From positions 1 through 47,150 of the IMG/VR virus record IMGVR_UViG_3300012988_000020: a stretch of 47,150 bases of DNA; one strand, 5' to 3'. This DNA comes from a virus (Duplodnaviria; Caudoviricetes). The position numbers were made by a program, and so were the translations under genes. The notes beneath the pieces were generated by a model. That model did not search any database. It was not told where the DNA came from and was given only the letters and a program-made list of their open reading frames with translations. Positions 16,114 to 24,151 of the stretch are shown here, piece after piece. Positions within the stretch are counted from its first letter, which is position 1; the number at the start of each line of letters is the position of its first letter.

Positions 16114-16154
16114 AAACGAGACCCCTCGCTACCAAAGCAAGGTGTTTCGTTTTT
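16114..16154 (+). terminator. hairpin terminator closing the cassette array
   Basis: aaacgagac...gtttcgttttt. Confidence 0.75.
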
Positions 16155-16194
16155 GCCACTTCTGTCACTCTAATTTTCACATGTATAACAAGTA

Positions 16195-16221
16195 CCGTGC
16201 TCAAAACAAGGATTTTAATAG
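16195..16221 (+). promoter_or_regulatory. degenerate copy of cassette promoter motif upstream of the nuclease/RNAP operon
   Basis: cCGtG-ctca-AAAC-aaggat-TtTAATag; same spacing as consensus. Confidence 0.5.
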
Positions 16222-16267
16222 GAGAGTGTAACTTTTCTCCTTATTTTTTGCCTGGAGAGGAGGCAAT

Positions 16268-16576
16268 ATGGCTAGACGAGCTACTAAGCTTGAGAAGGAG
16301 TTCGAGTCTGACTTCATTGGTCGTCTTGAAGAGGAATTTCCTGGGTGTGTCATCATCAAAGGTAATTCTACTTTCCGTCAGGGCGTACCTGATCGACTTC
16401 TTCTGCACGAAGGTCATTGGGCATTTCTCGAGTTCAAGCGTGAAGAGAATTCTGATCGCCAGGAAAATCAAGACTACTACATCGAGAAATTCAATGACAT
16501 GTCATATGCGGCTTTCGTTGACCCGGATAACGCGGACGAGGTGATTCGTGAAATTCAAGAGACATTCCGAGGTTGA
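16268..16576 (+). CDS. VRR-NUC domain nuclease
   Basis: E..F...L; GVPDRLLL...FLEFKR...QENQDYY PD-(D/E)XK pattern. Confidence 0.85.
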   Translation: MARRATKLEKEFESDFIGRLEEEFPGCVIIKGNSTFRQGVPDRLLLHEGHWAFLEFKREENSDRQENQDYYIEKFNDMSYAAFVDPDNADEVIREIQETFRG

Positions 16577-17120
16577 GGGTCAGCACTCATTTCTTTCTGC
16601 TTCAAAGTACCACTGGATCAACTATGAGCCCGACCGACTTCTAGAGTCAGTCGCCAAGTCCCGAGCTGCAGCTCGAGGCACTCGGATGCACAACGCAGCA
16701 CGCGAATGCATTGAGTTGGGCATGCAGTTGAAGACCACTGGTCAAACGGTGAACATGTATGTCAATGACTGCATTGGCTATCGCATGTCGCCCGAGGTCA
16801 CTCTGTTCTATTCGTATAATGCGTTTGGCACAGCAGATGCGATTAGCTTCCGCCGAGAAGGTGAAGCTCGAGTTCTACGCATCTTCGACCTCAAAACCGG
16901 CACCAGTCCGACCAGTGGTATGCAACTGAAGGTGTACGCTGCTTATTTCTGTTTGGAATACGACCAGCGTCCCATGGAGATCGAGTACGATCTTCGCATC
17001 TATCAGAACGATGAAATTCGCATGATTGAGACTGATCCGGAGGAAATCGTCTATATCATGGACCGTATCATTGAGTCCGACAAGCTCATTAACAATGCGA
17101 TGGCTGAGGAGGTGATCTGA
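16548..17120 (+). CDS. PD-(D/E)XK (RecB/Cas4-like) nuclease
   Basis: GTRMH, GTADAI, IFDLKTG, QLKVYA motifs. Confidence 0.8.
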   Translation: MKFKRHSEVEGQHSFLSASKYHWINYEPDRLLESVAKSRAAARGTRMHNAARECIELGMQLKTTGQTVNMYVNDCIGYRMSPEVTLFYSYNAFGTADAISFRREGEARVLRIFDLKTGTSPTSGMQLKVYAAYFCLEYDQRPMEIEYDLRIYQNDEIRMIETDPEEIVYIMDRIIESDKLINNAMAEEVI

Positions 17121-17121
17121 C

Positions 17122-19959
17122 TTGCTAGGGTTTGATGGGTTCGAGGAAGAGGACGACACTTACCTCGCACACTACGGCATTGCTAAGAAATCAGGGCGTT
17201 ATCCTTGGGGATCAGGTAACGATCCTTATCAGCGCTCGAAGCAGTTCAAGGCGTACATGGATGAGATGAAGGCGGCTGGGCTCACTGAGTCTGAGATCGC
17301 CAAGGGCCTCACCGAATACGCCAACCGAGGGATTACCAATCCTCGAGACAAGATCACCGTCAAATCCACCGACCTTCGTGGCGCTACTGCGTCGGCTACT
17401 GAGAAGATCTTCGCTCAGAACCAGTCGCAGGCCTACCGCCTCAAAGAGAAGAACATGTCGAACGTGGCTATTGCTAAGGCGATGGGCACAAACGAGTCGA
17501 CAGTTCGAGGTTGGCTGAAGCAGTCGCAAGATATCAAAGAGGGGTCGCTTCGCGCTACAGCGGACAAGCTGAAGGAAGAGTTGGAGTCTAAGCCCTATCT
17601 TGATGTGGGCAAGGGCACCGAGCTCTACATGGGCATCGCTGATTCTAAGCTTCGCTCTGCTATTGCCATGTTGAAGGATGAAGGATATAAGATCCACTAC
17701 ATGGATGCCCCTCAGCTCGGAACAGACAAGCAGACCAAGCTTCGTATTCTGACTAAGGGTGACCAGGAGTGGAAGGATGTCAACCAGGCTCGCCTGGAAG
17801 GCCGAATCCAGAATATCCAGTCCCAGTCGGACGATGGTGGTTTGACGTTCCGTACTGCTAAGGATCTTCCGACTAACTTCGATTCGAAGAAGCTGCAAGT
17901 TAGGTACGACGAAGATGGCGGCACGAAAATGGACGGTGTCATTGAACTCCGTCGTGGTGTGGAGGATCTGTCGCTGGGTGATAAGCGGTATGCTCAGGTT
18001 CGCATTGCGGTTGACGGCACGCACTACCTCAAGGGTATGGCGATGTATGCTGACGACCTTCCGGACGGAGTAGACATTCGCTTCAACACCAACAAGAAGC
18101 GCGGCACTCCTGTGCTTGGCGAAAAAGACAACTCTGTTCTGAAGCCGATGAAAACGGATAAAGACGGAAACGTTGATGCATCGAACCCGTTTGGTGCCAC
18201 TACCAAGCCGCGTCTCTACACCGACAAAAATGGTAAAGAGAAGCAGTCGCCTCTCAACCTCGTTAACGAAGAGGGTGCCTGGGATAACTGGTCTCGTTCG
18301 TTGTCTTCGCAGATGTTGTCAAAGCAGCCTTTGTCATTGGCTTCTAAGCAGCTTGGCGAAACGCAAGCTCGTCGGCGCGATGAGTTCGAGGCAATCAAGA
18401 AACTGACCAACCCTGTTGTTCGACAGAAACTGTTGGATGAGTTCGCAGACTCTACGGATGCCGCGGCCGTGCATCTGAAAGCTGCTGCTCTTCCCGGTCA
18501 GTCAAGCCATGTCATTCTTCCTGTCAACTCCATGCGGCCCCACGAGATCTATGCGCCTAACTTCCCTAATGGGACTAAGGTTGCTCTTGTGCGCTACCCG
18601 CATGGCGGCCCTTTTGAGATCCCTGAGCTTACTGTCAATAACAACAACTCGACAGCAAAGCGAGTTCTCAATGGTGCGCGAGATGCAGTAGGCATTCACC
18701 ACTCGGTTGCTGAGCAGTTGTCAGGCGCCGACTTTGACGGTGACTCTGTTCTTGTCATTCCCAATCCGACAGGTGCAGTGAAGTCCAGGCCTCCTTTGGC
18801 GGGCCTTAAGAACTTCGATGCCAAGGCTGCATACAAGATCCCTGAGGGCGATACGTCCACTACTCGCATGACTAAGAAGAACACTCAGACTGAGATGGGT
18901 AAGATCTCTAACCTCATCACAGACATGACCATCAAGGGTGCTAGTGCAGATGAGCTTGCTCGAGCTGTCAAGCACTCTATGGTTGTCATTGATGCTGAGA
19001 AGCATGGCCTGAACTACAAGCAGTCAGAGATTGACAATGGTATCAAGCAGCTCAAGACTGAGTACCAAGGCGGCCCTCGTCGTGGTGCTTCTACCCTGAT
19101 CTCTAGGGCATCGTCAACAGAGCGGATTGATCGTGTCATTCCTAGGCCTGCCAAGGATGGTGGACCTGTAGATCCTAAGACTGGTAAGCTGGTCTTTGTG
19201 CCCGATCCCAATGCCAAGTACACTAAGACGATCACTAAGATCAACAAGCGTACAGGCGAAACTGTCGAGGTTGTCAAGGAGGAAACTCGGCAGAAGAAGG
19301 GCACCAAGATGGAGTTCACAGATGATGCTAGGAAGTTGTCATCTGGTACCCCCATGGAAGAGTTGTATGCATCCCATGCCAACATCATGAAGGATCTTGC
19401 CAACCAGGCACGCAAGGAAAGCTATGCGATTGCGCAAAGCCTGCCTCGGCAGAACAAGGCTGCCAAGGCCGTGTACTCTAAAGAGGTAGCCTCTCTAGAA
19501 GCTAAGCTTAGGGAAGCTCAGCGTAATGCACCAATCGAGCGGCGCGCACAGATCCTAGGTGGTGCCCTTGCCAAGGCCCGCATCGATTCTAATCCTAACC
19601 TCGATAGAGACGACATCAAGAAGATTAGGTACCAGTCGTTGGAGGAAGCACGAATCAGTACTGGTGCTAACAAGAAGAAGATCGGGGCTAAGGATGAGAA
19701 GGGTAATAGCTCTCTCACTGATCGTGAGTGGGAAGCCATTCAGGCAGGAGCTTTCTCTTCTTCAAGGCTGAAGGAGATCCTCTCTAACGCAGACATGGAT
19801 AGGGTTAAGGAGCTGGCTACACCTAGGGCTCGTACATCCCTTACCACAGGACAGATGGCTAGGGCTCAACAGATGTTGAACAGTGGTCGTCCCATGTCCG
19901 AGATCGCAGAGACCTTGGGGCTTCCTAGGTCTACGATCGTAGACAACCTCAACAGGTAG
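17122..19959 (+). CDS. single-subunit two-barrel RNA polymerase (YonO/cellular RdRP-like) with HTH domains and LAHYG leader
   Basis: Motifs in order: MDG, QVR-x8-LKG, RYP, SGADFDGD (18721-18744), MGKISN, VIDAEKHG; three HTH-like segments; GAGGAGGTG RBS with TTG start. Confidence 0.85.
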   Translation: MLGFDGFEEEDDTYLAHYGIAKKSGRYPWGSGNDPYQRSKQFKAYMDEMKAAGLTESEIAKGLTEYANRGITNPRDKITVKSTDLRGATASATEKIFAQNQSQAYRLKEKNMSNVAIAKAMGTNESTVRGWLKQSQDIKEGSLRATADKLKEELESKPYLDVGKGTELYMGIADSKLRSAIAMLKDEGYKIHYMDAPQLGTDKQTKLRILTKGDQEWKDVNQARLEGRIQNIQSQSDDGGLTFRTAKDLPTNFDSKKLQVRYDEDGGTKMDGVIELRRGVEDLSLGDKRYAQVRIAVDGTHYLKGMAMYADDLPDGVDIRFNTNKKRGTPVLGEKDNSVLKPMKTDKDGNVDASNPFGATTKPRLYTDKNGKEKQSPLNLVNEEGAWDNWSRSLSSQMLSKQPLSLASKQLGETQARRRDEFEAIKKLTNPVVRQKLLDEFADSTDAAAVHLKAAALPGQSSHVILPVNSMRPHEIYAPNFPNGTKVALVRYPHGGPFEIPELTVNNNNSTAKRVLNGARDAVGIHHSVAEQLSGADFDGDSVLVIPNPTGAVKSRPPLAGLKNFDAKAAYKIPEGDTSTTRMTKKNTQTEMGKISNLITDMTIKGASADELARAVKHSMVVIDAEKHGLNYKQSEIDNGIKQLKTEYQGGPRRGASTLISRASSTERIDRVIPRPAKDGGPVDPKTGKLVFVPDPNAKYTKTITKINKRTGETVEVVKEETRQKKGTKMEFTDDARKLSSGTPMEELYASHANIMKDLANQARKESYAIAQSLPRQNKAAKAVYSKEVASLEAKLREAQRNAPIERRAQILGGALAKARIDSNPNLDRDDIKKIRYQSLEEARISTGANKKKIGAKDEKGNSSLTDREWEAIQAGAFSSSRLKEILSNADMDRVKELATPRARTSLTTGQMARAQQMLNSGRPMSEIAETLGLPRSTIVDNLNR

Positions 19960-19979
19960 ATGAAGAAAGGAGAAGGATC

Positions 19980-20270
19980 ATGGGCTTTATGATTACTACT
20001 GTAGACAATCCTTACGATCCTCGTACTGACTTCGGGGCCTGGTACATGTGGGACACTGGTCACGGATACAATACTTCATCTTACCTAGCACGGGTGGCCG
20101 TGGTAGCAGATGAGTTCCCCGAGTCTGTTCAAGATCGAATGATTGAAGAGGCAATTGATGAGATCATCGCCATGCACAATGGTGGTCTCTACAAGAAACT
20201 TCCTGTCGACATGCCTAGTGATGGCGACACAGAAGCAGCCTCTCCAACCCCAACCCCCTCAGCCGCATAG
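19980..20270 (+). CDS. hypothetical protein (last gene before putative genome end)
   Basis: AAAGGAG RBS; ITTVDNPYDP. Confidence 0.75.
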   Translation: MGFMITTVDNPYDPRTDFGAWYMWDTGHGYNTSSYLARVAVVADEFPESVQDRMIEEAIDEIIAMHNGGLYKKLPVDMPSDGDTEAASPTPTPSAA

Positions 20271-20371
20271 GATGAGGTGACACATGCAGCGGACAGACAT
20301 GGTTGTGGACCAGAGAGCCCTCCCTTTCTGGACTACGCGCGAATAAAATCGCAAAATTATGTCTGTCCGCT

Positions 20372-20445
20372 TGCATGGGGGGAGGGGTCGATATCCCCAC
20401 CCCCTCTCTGCATCGCTCCTGTCCCCAAAAATTCCCCGGGGGGAC
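20372..20445. other. candidate cos / packaging-initiation site
   Basis: non-coding gap with G/C-run dyad gggggagggg-tcgatat-ccccaccccc and ccccgggggg, at the junction between the non-structural and structural arms. Confidence 0.45.
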
Positions 20446-20554
20446 TAAAAACTAGAACAAAAGTACCTGGGGGCTCCGCCGGAGCCATCCTTTGAAGTTT
20501 CAAACTCAGTATGAGGGGCTTGAAACTCGCCCAAAACTTTTTAGGAGGATCCTC

Positions 20555-20707
20555 ATGCACGTTCTGTACTTTGTGCTCTTCCTGCTTGCGGTCGTCTGCT
20601 TTGTTGCGGCTGCCTTCCAGGTGTATTCTAGCAAGCTCAACCTCATGGCGCTCGGCCTGGCGCTGGCTACTGCGGTCTTCGTGGTCCAGCAGGCGCGTCT
20701 TCTGTAG
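20555..20707 (+). CDS. small 2-TM membrane protein (holin-like)
   Basis: AGGAGG RBS, ATG 20555; two hydrophobic helices in 50 aa. Confidence 0.6.
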   Translation: MHVLYFVLFLLAVVCFVAAAFQVYSSKLNLMALGLALATAVFVVQQARLL

Positions 20708-20834
20708 TAATGTCCTTCTTCATCCGACTCTACTTCGCTTCCCTAGCCGACGTTCTGCGCCTTGGAGCAGATGCTTGCTCTAGTCTAGCACAACATCCCA
20801 AACTTCGTTGAACGCAGCGAAGGGAGGTGAAGTA

Positions 20835-21128
20835 ATGAGTGAACTCTACACGGAAGAGGAGCTGGCCGAACGTCAGCGCCACTACGAAGAGTTGATGAAG
20901 AACGCTCCGAAGGTCGGCGACGCAGTCGTTGTCACGGACGAGCACGGCAAGGTGCACAACGGCCTTGTCACTGCAGTCCACGGACCGCAGTGCATCAACG
21001 CTATCTACCTGTCCGACGACGAGAACAAGCACGACCCTTACGGTCGTCAGCTTGAGCGACTGTCGTCGTTGCAGGAGAAGGCTCAGTTCGTAACGGCCCC
21101 TCGAGGTCGGTTCTACGAGCGAGTCTAG
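20835..21128 (+). CDS. hypothetical protein
   Basis: GGAGGTG RBS before ATG 20835. Confidence 0.7.
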   Translation: MSELYTEEELAERQRHYEELMKNAPKVGDAVVVTDEHGKVHNGLVTAVHGPQCINAIYLSDDENKHDPYGRQLERLSSLQEKAQFVTAPRGRFYERV

Positions 21129-21197
21129 TTATTCCCCGGAGTAAGTACCTACCGATGAGGCGGGGAACACGATGGGCCACTTCACTTAGGAGAACAC

Positions 21198-21950
21198 GTG
21201 AGTAGTTCAGTACTTCGCATGCAGCACACCTCGCTGCAGTTTAGCGACAGTAGGGCCCAGCAAGCGCACGACGTAGAGCAGCTCTTTAAGAAGGGTAAGG
21301 ACTTCCCGATTAAGACGGGAACCGAAGCATCGGATTCAAACGCCCTCTTCGAGCTTCTTCGAACCGCAGCTCGTGATTACGATCACGTTCTTCACAACGC
21401 GCGCGGTAACTTCATCGCTATCGATCGTAAGATCATCAAGCCCGGCTCACTTCGCCGAGGCTCGGTCTTCATCATCGACAATAGCAAGCTTGTTGGTAAG
21501 ATGCATGACCGAGTGATGCCGACGGTGGTCTTCACCCACGTCGATCCGCGAATCGGGCGCGTCGCTCAGAGCACAGCACACTTCGCCACGAAGGGCGCAA
21601 AGCCTGGCGACCCCAACTACAAAGCCAACGTCTTGTACTCCCGCAAGATTGAGCAGTGGATGCGGACTGCTGGTCGCGGTTCGGCGCTTGCGTTCAACAA
21701 CGGCGACTACAACATGCACGACCGCAATCTGGACTGGGCTAACGGCGGTGGATTCACTTCGATGGCCGATGAGCTCGGTACATGGCAGAACACGGGCCAC
21801 GGCCCGATCGACGGCTTCTGCTCGTATGATCGAGACGGTCGGGTCAAAGCTAAGACGTTCAAGGTGTTGGACGACTCTGAGATGAAGATGTACACCGACC
21901 ACTTCGTGTGTCGAGGCATCTGGACGATTCGCCACCTCCGAGGCGTGTAA
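21198..21950 (+). CDS. endonuclease/exonuclease/phosphatase (EEP) family protein
   Basis: GTE, STAH, NGDYN, IDGF, TDHF motifs in EEP order. Confidence 0.75.
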   Translation: MSSSVLRMQHTSLQFSDSRAQQAHDVEQLFKKGKDFPIKTGTEASDSNALFELLRTAARDYDHVLHNARGNFIAIDRKIIKPGSLRRGSVFIIDNSKLVGKMHDRVMPTVVFTHVDPRIGRVAQSTAHFATKGAKPGDPNYKANVLYSRKIEQWMRTAGRGSALAFNNGDYNMHDRNLDWANGGGFTSMADELGTWQNTGHGPIDGFCSYDRDGRVKAKTFKVLDDSEMKMYTDHFVCRGIWTIRHLRGV

Positions 21951-21988
21951 GCCAAAATAGGTAGAGACTTTTAGAGAGGGGGTCATCG

Positions 21989-22267
21989 ATGGCTACTGTG
22001 ATTGGTAAGACTTCAGATAGGATCGAAGCGCTCATCGCCAATCTTGTTGAGTCTATTGCTGTTGTCGACGGTAACCTGATTGTTACCGAACACGATGGCA
22101 CAACGCTTAACGTCGGCGGCGTCGGTGGCCCCAACTCTGTCATGCGGGTTTTCTACACAACGGGCGCATATCCAGCTCGCCCTGCTGGAGCTCTCTGCGT
22201 TGAGTGGATTGGTCCGACTCAACCTCCGAACATGACCAATAAAGACACGTGGGTGCAAGCAGGATGA
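21989..22267 (+). CDS. small virion/tail-associated protein
   Basis: N-terminus paralogous to 45052 gene; C-terminus paralogous to a segment of 27600 gene. Confidence 0.6.
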   Translation: MATVIGKTSDRIEALIANLVESIAVVDGNLIVTEHDGTTLNVGGVGGPNSVMRVFYTTGAYPARPAGALCVEWIGPTQPPNMTNKDTWVQAG

Positions 22268-22770
22268 CTAATGACATTCCTGAGGGCGGATGGCCCTCTA
22301 TTCCGGTTTTGGCTCCGTATGAGACTCCGGGTGTTCCAACTTTTGAGACGTCTCTAATCGAAGAGCTTAACGACGAGACACTCGAAGAGGTGTTCAACTT
22401 CTATGAGACAACTCTGGTCCCGCAGCTCGCATGCGTTCCTGACGGCATGCTCTCGCCATATCCCCAAAAGGGCTGGCTGCTTTCTTCGCAGCAGAAGAAG
22501 TCTTTTGTTGTTTGTAGAGCAGACGGCGTCCTTCGTGGAGTATGGGTAGTCAAGGAGAACGGAGAGATCTTCTATCCTTGCGCGACCATCGACTACATTG
22601 CGGCAATCTTCCGAGCTCTGTGGGTCGAGACGATTCAGCACTTCGATTATGTGTGGGGTAGTACAGCTAACCCGATCATCTTGGAGTTTGCCAAGAAGGC
22701 GGAACACGTCCCGAGGAACTCGATGGACGCAACGGTCAGTGACGGACGATTGGAGTGGAGGAGGTCGTAG
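22264..22770 (+). CDS. hypothetical protein
   Basis: ATGA overlap; 168 aa. Confidence 0.65.
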   Translation: MTNDIPEGGWPSIPVLAPYETPGVPTFETSLIEELNDETLEEVFNFYETTLVPQLACVPDGMLSPYPQKGWLLSSQQKKSFVVCRADGVLRGVWVVKENGEIFYPCATIDYIAAIFRALWVETIQHFDYVWGSTANPIILEFAKKAEHVPRNSMDATVSDGRLEWRRS

Positions 22771-24141
22771 ATGCCGGTCATGGAGCAAGCTCGCTCGTTC
22801 AATTCGCAGTTTGGCGTTACGACCAGCGACACAACAGCTTATGGTGTAGGTGGGCCCGATGCAGCTTTTGCGGTCGGCCAAACCATTTTCGTTCGCTTCG
22901 CAACTCGAATTCCTCCGGGCAGCGTCATCAACTCTGCTACCGTGACCTTTCAACTGGCCGTCAAGACCGCTTCTACCGCGCAAAATTCCTCACACGAGGT
23001 GCGAGTGCATTCTTCAGGTGACTCTCCAGTTCTCCGAGCAGGAGTTCTCGAGGCATATCGACCGAAGACTGGGGTGGCTGCTTCGTGGGTTCCGATGTGG
23101 CCGGCAAACCCTCCCGACCCTGCGGCTGTGCTAAGCAGTATAGATGTTAAGACTTTGCTTGCTGACTTGGTCGCTCGTTCAGATTTTCGCATGGGCGGTT
23201 ATGTGACTTTTATGATTCGATGCGTGGATGAAAACGGCTCCGACATGTCGGTTCGTTTGAACAACGTGTATCAACCGTCGCCTACGCTTCGAGTGGACTT
23301 CACGCCACCAACGACTAACGTGCAGTACACCGTTAACCGTTGTGAGAACTCCGAACTCAATCCTGTGTTGGAGACTCTAGGCGACACTTATGCCGCCTTC
23401 GAGTATCCCGGCTGGAGTCAAAACGCATTTTTCGGGGCGTTCGTCGATCCAGCTTCTGCAAATGCTGGGACGATAGCTAGAGATGCGGTGTTCACGAGAG
23501 TTCCCGGGGTTCCAACTCTTCGATTCACTTGTGGTACACCACCATCACCTAACACTAAGCTGACTGGGCCAATGGCAGCTGTCGCAACAAAACCTGGCGA
23601 ATGGTTTAGCTTTGCTGGATGGATCTATATTCCGGCATCCACTCCCACCACCGACTATGTGATGGTCGGAGACGTCTATAACGGCTTCCAGAATGTTGCG
23701 GGTCTACCTCGTGGCGCGTGGCGTCCTTTCTGCAGCCCCCCACTTCAGAATACTGGAACGGCGGATGTATTTCGATGGCCCGCAGTCGGAGTTCGACCAT
23801 ACAATGCGGGTTACCAATTCTGGATCTCTGAACCGACGTTCTTCGTTTCCACGACCGATATTCGTCAGATGCCATTCAATGGTTTGACTCCAGAGAAGCC
23901 GTACATCGATCATCAGAGCACGTCATCGTTTATGCAGAGCGTGAGGGAATGGGTTCCTCGTCGATGGATGATGGTGGACGGGGTCCTTAAGCCGGTCTCT
24001 ACTTGGAACAAACGAACAGATGTTGCGACGGCGATTGTGGAGCTGAGCCAACCTGTCAAGGGTGGTCCTGAGATCCAGAATCTTCCTGCAGGGCAGGTCG
24101 TGGGCGATATTCCCGCAGGCATCACCGTAACCGAGCTGTAA
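22771..24141 (+). CDS. minor tail / carbohydrate-binding beta-sandwich protein
   Basis: IPPGSVINSATVTF..P.LRVDF and KPGEWFSFAGWIYIP beta-sandwich-like patterns; structural context. Confidence 0.55.
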   Translation: MPVMEQARSFNSQFGVTTSDTTAYGVGGPDAAFAVGQTIFVRFATRIPPGSVINSATVTFQLAVKTASTAQNSSHEVRVHSSGDSPVLRAGVLEAYRPKTGVAASWVPMWPANPPDPAAVLSSIDVKTLLADLVARSDFRMGGYVTFMIRCVDENGSDMSVRLNNVYQPSPTLRVDFTPPTTNVQYTVNRCENSELNPVLETLGDTYAAFEYPGWSQNAFFGAFVDPASANAGTIARDAVFTRVPGVPTLRFTCGTPPSPNTKLTGPMAAVATKPGEWFSFAGWIYIPASTPTTDYVMVGDVYNGFQNVAGLPRGAWRPFCSPPLQNTGTADVFRWPAVGVRPYNAGYQFWISEPTFFVSTTDIRQMPFNGLTPEKPYIDHQSTSSFMQSVREWVPRRWMMVDGVLKPVSTWNKRTDVATAIVELSQPVKGGPEIQNLPAGQVVGDIPAGITVTEL

Positions 24142-24151
24142 GGAGGCCGGA

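Noticed and set aside
13664-16154. CRISPR array or classical integron interpretation of the repeats
   Set aside because: The sequences between repeats are 150-500 bp genes with RBSs rather than short spacers. There is no cas operon, no integron integrase and no attC-type ends in the window.
16548-17120. Cas4 as evidence of a CRISPR system
   Set aside because: Solo PD-(D/E)XK nuclease without the four-Cys cluster pattern; common in phages; no array present.
17122-19959. Reading the DFDGD protein as an RNA-virus replicase or a host RpoC fragment
   Set aside because: It has no viral palm-domain motif set and lacks the NADFDGD context and size of beta-prime. The motif order fits the single-chain QDE-1/YonO type in a dsDNA phage.
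20271-21197. tRNA or ribozyme in gaps near the putative genome end, including ttccccg...cggggaa near 21132-21167
   Set aside because: No cloverleaf, T-loop or complete hammerhead core could be identified by eye.
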